Assembly: GCA_965213705.1 (NCBI GenBank)
Contig: OZ243913.1
Coordinates: 1 to 64,000 of the forward strand
Length of the DNA: 64,000 nucleotides
Direction: 5' to 3'
Source: Trueperaceae bacterium
GTDB lineage: Bacteria > Deinococcota > Deinococci > Deinococcales > Trueperaceae
This document shows positions 59,438 through 64,000 of the stretch, piece after piece (position 1 is the first letter of the stretch; each line of letters begins with the position of its first letter). The translations under genes were made by a program, and so were the position numbers. Under the pieces are notes generated by a model. It had not been told where the DNA came from, ran no database searches, and worked only from the letters and a program-made list of their open reading frames with translations.

Positions 59438-59644
59438 GTGAACGAAATCATCTTTCTTGTCCAAGAAGCTGTCGAGGGTGGCTTCGAAGCGAAAGCGCTC
59501 TCCGCCTCTATTTATACTGAGGCCGACACCCTGGATGAACTTAAAAACATGATTCGAGACGCCGTGGCTTGTCACTTCGAAAACGATGAAAAGCCTAAAA
59601 TCGTTCGTCTTCACTACGTTCGTGAAGAGACCATAGCTGCTTGA
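59438..59644 (+). CDS. Small HicB-like antitoxin-family protein
   Basis: 68 aa, EGGFEAKAL..IYTEADTLDELKNMIRDAV pattern. Low GC. Confidence 0.65.
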   Translation: MNEIIFLVQEAVEGGFEAKALSASIYTEADTLDELKNMIRDAVACHFENDEKPKIVRLHYVREETIAA

Positions 59645-59745
59645 ATGCCGCGCTATTTTGACTGATATAGCTGGTCACATAGGCAAAGACAAAAGCACGC
59701 TCATAGCTGAACTATTTGGTTGACCTTCCAAGTCAGGGGCTCGAG

Positions 59746-60139
59746 CTACCCCGTCACCTCACCGAGCAGGTACTCGAGCCTCGTTTGCGCATTTTCCTGC
59801 GAGCCGTAAATGCTCCGTACCAGGTTGCCCGCGCGGTCGAACACGAACCAGTGCGGTGTACCCTCCACGCCCCACTTTTCGGCGAGCTTGCCTTCCAGGT
59901 CAAGGGCGATAGGAAAAGGGATGTCGGCGAAGATTTCGGCAAAGTGGATTAGGGTTGGCACAACCTCGTTTCTGGTGTAGGGCTTGTGGCCGAACGAGGT
60001 GTGAATCATCAAAATGACGAATTCGTCGCCGTAGGCTCGAGCCAACCTCTTCAAAAACGGCGCGCCGCGCGAGACGCATTCAAGGTTTTAGGGGCGGCAA
60101 CGTCGCCGCCCACACGAAGTCGTCAGCGCCGGGCCACAT
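59746..60139 (-). pseudogene. Frameshifted thioredoxin-fold (TlpA/redoxin-like) gene
   Basis: The ATG 60139 frame (MWPGADDFV...) stops after 19 codons. The body (NLECVSRG..FPIALD..WGVEGTPHW..DRAG) is in another frame behind a TAA, with only one Cys at the CxxC position. Confidence 0.65.
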
Positions 60140-60182
60140 GCCTACACTTTTACCCTATAAAGTTTCCTACAGACAAAAACCC

Positions 60183-60626
60183 TCAAGCCCGGTCCGCTTC
60201 GGGTTGCGGCCAGAGGTCGTCGCGGTAGTCGTCGTTGAGCATGTGGCGGATTTCGTCGACCTGACCGGCGCTGACAAAGTGGTTGACCGTTTCGAACACG
60301 GCCCGCACCATGCGTTCGGTGTCGACCTCTTCTTGGGCGTACACAACCGCGACCCTGGCTAGGAACTCGTCCTTGTGCCGGTCGGTGACGGGTGTGTGCG
60401 CCGGGTTGAAACCCTCGAAGTAAAAGCCGCGCACGAGCATCGGCAACTGCGAGCCGAACTCGACCGCCTCTTTGGGCGGGATGCGGTCACGGAGCGCGTG
60501 CAAAGTAGCGCGCAGGGCCGCGTAGGCGGCGTCTTTGGTGGCTAGGTCTAAACTGGTTTGGATTTCGTTCAGCCACTGGTTCGTCTTTTGAACCGTGGCG
60601 TCGAAAACGTCTAAGCCGGTACTCAT
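60183..60626 (-). CDS. DUF2267-family protein
   Basis: SD AGGAGG then ATG 60626. FDATVQKTNQWL, ALRATLHALRDR and QLPMLVRGFYFEG motifs. Confidence 0.85.
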   Translation of the reverse strand: MSTGLDVFDATVQKTNQWLNEIQTSLDLATKDAAYAALRATLHALRDRIPPKEAVEFGSQLPMLVRGFYFEGFNPAHTPVTDRHKDEFLARVAVVYAQEEVDTERMVRAVFETVNHFVSAGQVDEIRHMLNDDYRDDLWPQPEADRA

Positions 60627-60715
60627 AACAGTCCTCCTGTCTTTACTTTTAGCAGGTGTCGAGAGTGTCGTTAAGTGCCCCAAGCCCTATTTCAGCCTGC
60701 GCTATAATGGCTTGA

Positions 60716-61105
60716 GTGAGTGACGACGCCCAACCAACCTACAGCGCGCGCGAGATTGTCCTCGAGCTGTTTCCCGCCACCGACGAACGCCTCGTGCCGA
60801 CGCCCCGAGCTTACCGACTTTTGCCCGACCCGGTGGGCAACTTGGTGCTCTACACACCCGCAGGCGAACAGCTGCTGACCTTTACCCCGGTGGCGATTGC
60901 CGGCAGCGCCGCCGCGCAACTCTGCTGCGACTTTTGTGCCCACAGCGCGCCCAGGTACTATTTGCAACCCTTCCGGGTCGAGGTGCCGGGCACGGCCGGG
61001 CGGCGCAGTCTTTACGTGACCCTGTGCCGCGACACGGAAAGCTGCGACCTGCGGCGCTTTAACGACCGCCCTGTACAAGCCCTGCTGGAACGGGTCTACG
61101 CTTAA
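60716..61105 (+). CDS. Small Cys4 zinc-finger protein (possibly FBP_C treble-clef-like)
   Basis: CDFC ... CRDTESC. TATAAT lies 7 nt before the GTG. Confidence 0.6.
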   Translation: MSDDAQPTYSAREIVLELFPATDERLVPTPRAYRLLPDPVGNLVLYTPAGEQLLTFTPVAIAGSAAAQLCCDFCAHSAPRYYLQPFRVEVPGTAGRRSLYVTLCRDTESCDLRRFNDRPVQALLERVYA

Positions 61106-61167
61106 GTGGGTGGCCGCTTGAAAACCGAAACTCCAAACGTAACGAAGTTCCCGCCGGAACCGCTACT

Positions 61168-61914
61168 GTGAAAACCGCCGTCGTTACCGGCGGCGCGCAG
61201 GGCATCGGGCGGGCGGTCGTGCTCGAGCTGTTGCGAGAGGGTTACGCCGTCGTCGCCGCCGACCAGGACGCGGCGGCGGGGGCCGACCTCGTTGAGAGGT
61301 ACCGCGACGCGGGCGACCTTCACTTTGTCGAAACCGATGTCGCCGAGGAAAGAGATGTCGAAGGGCTCATCGCTGAAACCCTGGCCCGCTTCTCCCAACT
61401 CGACGCCCTGGTAAACAACGCGGGCGTCGGCGTCAGCAAACCTGTGACTGAATTGAGTTTGGACGAGTGGAACCGCGTGCTCGGCACGAACCTGACCGGC
61501 GCGTTTTTGTGCGCCAAACACGCCGCGCCGCACTTGAGCGCGAACAAGGGTGCCATCGTCAACATCGCCTCGACCCGCGCGCTGATGTCCGAAGCCGATA
61601 CCGAGGCTTACGCGGCCTCGAAGGGCGGGCTCGTCGCGCTGACGCACGCGCTCGCTATAAGTCTGGGTCCGGCGGTGCGGGTGAACGCCGTAAGCCCTGG
61701 CTGGATAGAGGTGCGCGACTGGCAAAAGGGTGACGCCCCAACCCCCGAGCACAGCGAAACCGACCGGGCGCAACACCCGGTCGGGCGGGTGGGCAAGCCC
61801 CAGGACGTGGCGGTGCTGGTGTACTTTTTACTCTCCGACGCGAGCGGTTTTACGACTGGGCAAAATTTTGTCGTGGACGGCGGCATGACGAAAAAGATGA
61901 TTTACGCGGAGTAG
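61168..61914 (+). CDS. Classical SDR oxidoreductase
   Basis: TGGAQGIG, NNAG, YAASK, VNAVSPGWI and VDGG motifs. Confidence 0.95.
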   Translation: MKTAVVTGGAQGIGRAVVLELLREGYAVVAADQDAAAGADLVERYRDAGDLHFVETDVAEERDVEGLIAETLARFSQLDALVNNAGVGVSKPVTELSLDEWNRVLGTNLTGAFLCAKHAAPHLSANKGAIVNIASTRALMSEADTEAYAASKGGLVALTHALAISLGPAVRVNAVSPGWIEVRDWQKGDAPTPEHSETDRAQHPVGRVGKPQDVAVLVYFLLSDASGFTTGQNFVVDGGMTKKMIYAE

Positions 61915-62011
61915 TGGGTACCCGGCTCGAGCCTCCTGAAAACCCGGTAGACTTGAACCTGGCAAGCTTTGAACACAAAAACAAGGCTGAGAGCAGCGAT
62001 GGGGGACGAAC

Positions 62012-62500
62012 ATGACTGATACCCGAACCGAAATTGTCGACGAACTGGGCTTCGGCATTGTGCCGAACTTGTTTACGGCGGCGGACGCCAACCCGGAGGT
62101 GCAGACCGGACTCTGGAAAGCGTTCCGGCACGTCGTGCTGCGCGGCGTGTTGCCGCGAACCGTCAAGGAAATGATGGGCGTGGTGGTGTCGCGCGAGGCC
62201 GGCAGCAGCTACGCGGCCCAAGTCCACCTGCACGCGCTCACCCTGCAGGGTATCGACGCGCCGATCGTGGCGGCGCTCGACCGGGGTGACTTGCCCGCGG
62301 GCGTGCCGGAACGGGTGGGACAGTTGCTGAGGTTCGCCCAGGGCGCCGCGCGGCAGCCGCACGACAGCGCCCAGGTACAAAGTTTGCGCAGCGCCGGTTT
62401 CGACGACGCGGAAATCGCCGAAGCGGTCGCGGTCGTCGGCGTGTTCCGCATGGTCAACGCCTGGACCGACCTGATGGCGGTTCCCTTAGATGAATTGTAA
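62012..62500 (+). CDS. AhpD/CMD-like (peroxidase-related) protein lacking Cys
   Basis: LGFGIVPNLF, LPRTVKEMMGVVVS..SSYAAQVH and LRSAGFDDAEIAEAV motifs. Confidence 0.8.
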   Translation: MTDTRTEIVDELGFGIVPNLFTAADANPEVQTGLWKAFRHVVLRGVLPRTVKEMMGVVVSREAGSSYAAQVHLHALTLQGIDAPIVAALDRGDLPAGVPERVGQLLRFAQGAARQPHDSAQVQSLRSAGFDDAEIAEAVAVVGVFRMVNAWTDLMAVPLDEL

Positions 62501-62547
62501 GGACGAGTTGTAAAGCGTGAGGGCCGAGCTTTAGTGGACGCGCTTTG

Positions 62548-63852
62548 ATGGACGAGGCGACCTGGGCGAGTCTTTCCAACCGCCTATTGACGCTGCAGGA
62601 GTTGTTCGTCGGGGTGAGCAAGCTGGCACCCGAGGCGCTGCTCGAGCGCTTGCGGCGCGGCGTCGGCTGGACGTTCGATAAGGCCGAACTGCTCGCCGTT
62701 GAGCCGGCCGACCTGAACCCGCCGCCGACGATCAACCGCGGGCGCTACCTGTTGGACGTGCAGGGCGACGTTTACCTCGCTTACTTCGAAGGCCCGCCCC
62801 GACCGCTGTATCTCGTGCTTGCCGGGGTGCGTTTGAGCGACCCGCAGGAGTACCGGCTGTGCGCGCTGTTTTTCGAACACTTGCTGGCGGCTTTGGAGGC
62901 TTCGGGCTACCGGCGGGAACTCGAGGCGCAGGCTCACTGTGACTGGTTGACCGGCCTGTACAACGGCCGCTTTTTGCGGGAGACGCTGGCGCAAGGCTTG
63001 CCTGCAGACCAGGTGCTCGGACTCGTCGAGCTGGAGCCGCGCCTGTTCGAAGGTGGTGCGACTGCGCAGCGCGACTTGGCGTTGCAGGCGTTCGCTCACG
63101 TGCTCGGTGCCGCCCTGCCCACCGAGGCTCGAGCCTTTCGCCTGGCCGACCGGCGCTTCGCCGTTGTGACAACTTCGGACTGCCAAGAGGCCGTCGACGC
63201 GGTCGTCCGGCAGAGCGACTCAGCCGGACACCTCGTGTGGGCGACCGCGGCCGAGGCGGCGGGGGCCGCGCTGCTCGAGCTGGCCGAAAAACGCCTCTTG
63301 GGCCTTATCGGGCCGCTCGTCGAACCGCGCCGCCCCAACGCGAATGTGCGGGTTCACAGCCGCTACGAGCAAATCCGCCTCGCTTACGAAGAGGTCGTCT
63401 CCGTCTGGGACATAGACACGCCCACACACCTCATCGTCGACGGTCCCAACGGCTTCGCCTTGGAAACCTTTGACGACACCTTGCGCCCGGCGCTCATCGT
63501 CACCGACAGCCGCTCGAACGCTTACCTGAGCGACCTCTGGAACTTAAACCCGGAGGGTTTGCTCGTCGGCGTCGAGGACAAAGCGCAGCTCGAGCGGGCC
63601 CTAAAGGGGGTCGCGGCGGGCGAAAAAGTCTACGTCGGCCCCGAGCTTTACGACGAAGGCCTCTACCCGCGCGAGCGCGAGGTGTGGCGGCTCTTGGCAC
63701 AGGGGCTCGACAACGCGCAAATCGCCGCGCGCCTGGGCGTGAGCGACAAGACGGTGGCGAACTACGTCAGCACCTTGCAGGACAAGCTGCACCTGAATAG
63801 CCGCGTCGCCCTCGTGCTGCACTACATGGGCCAGCTTCCCCCGACGGATTAG
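62548..63852 (+). CDS. LuxR-family regulator with degenerate GGDEF-like and REC-like domains
   Basis: DWLTGLYNGRFL, with RLADRRF at the GGDEF position. C-terminal LYPREREVWRLLAQGLDNAQIAARLGVSDKTVANYV HTH. Confidence 0.85.
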   Translation: MDEATWASLSNRLLTLQELFVGVSKLAPEALLERLRRGVGWTFDKAELLAVEPADLNPPPTINRGRYLLDVQGDVYLAYFEGPPRPLYLVLAGVRLSDPQEYRLCALFFEHLLAALEASGYRRELEAQAHCDWLTGLYNGRFLRETLAQGLPADQVLGLVELEPRLFEGGATAQRDLALQAFAHVLGAALPTEARAFRLADRRFAVVTTSDCQEAVDAVVRQSDSAGHLVWATAAEAAGAALLELAEKRLLGLIGPLVEPRRPNANVRVHSRYEQIRLAYEEVVSVWDIDTPTHLIVDGPNGFALETFDDTLRPALIVTDSRSNAYLSDLWNLNPEGLLVGVEDKAQLERALKGVAAGEKVYVGPELYDEGLYPREREVWRLLAQGLDNAQIAARLGVSDKTVANYVSTLQDKLHLNSRVALVLHYMGQLPPTD

Positions 63853-63854
63853 AG

Positions 63855-63896
63855 GACTTGGGAAAATCTCCCAAGTCGGGTCGGAACCTGTCCCTA
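63855..63896. promoter_or_regulatory. Candidate tandem LuxR/NarL-type operator
   Basis: GACTTGGGA-AAATC-TCCCAAGTC perfect 9-bp inverted repeat, plus a degenerate copy GTCGGAACCTGTCCCTA upstream of a TACTCT -10 box. Confidence 0.5.
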
Positions 63897-63983
63897 ACAC
63901 CCTAACCTCGTCCTCACGTACTCTTAATCCAGCTTTCACAGCTTGGGTCGCCCTCCAGGGGCGAACACGAATGGAGGAGTACA

Positions 63984-64000
63984 TGAGCAAGCGGTTGGGA
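63984..64000 (+). CDS. Start of a gene continuing beyond the window
   Basis: GGAGGAG SD followed by ATG AGC AAG CGG TTG. Confidence 0.55.

Noticed and set aside
59281..59453. Rex operators (TTGTGAA half-sites at ~59281 and ~59436)
   Set aside because: The second half-site TTCACAA is missing in both.
60078..60139. Selenocysteine read-through of the TGA in the redoxin-like gene
   Set aside because: The thioredoxin-like body lies in a different frame from the TGA, so read-through would not restore it.

Overview
A high-GC chromosomal window, most likely from a Deinococcota (probably Trueperaceae-like) bacterium. This is inferred from gene content, many leaderless-type promoters and strong CTCGAG enrichment, and is not a database result. 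The window opens with the left end of an IS1-family element. Most of the rest is housekeeping: aroE, ltaE, rex, rlmN, glgC, ftsH, truB, ald, ruvA, pncB, an M16 peptidase pair with Lpt-like genes, rel, a Lys-Glu-Val tRNA operon, hemA-C-D-B followed by a two-component system, and 2-oxoacid dehydrogenase E1 alpha/beta. The standout is a ~10 kb lipid locus (46986-57159) encoding serine palmitoyltransferase-like, bacterial ceramide synthase-like (GNAT) and ceramide reductase-like proteins in tandem, followed by four glycosyltransferases and two flippase-like membrane proteins. It is a candidate glycosphingolipid pathway in a lineage not known for sphingolipids. Other oddities: a phosphatidylcholine synthase-like gene; a palindromic element inserted in frame in the HemB lid; a CDF transporter that appears to start at ATA; a highly structured ~250-nt element between glgC and ftsH; several apparent pseudo-enzymes; a degenerate GGDEF-LuxR regulator with a candidate operator; and window-wide CTCGAG excess with GATC avoidance. 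All calls come from reading motifs by eye, with no searches run.
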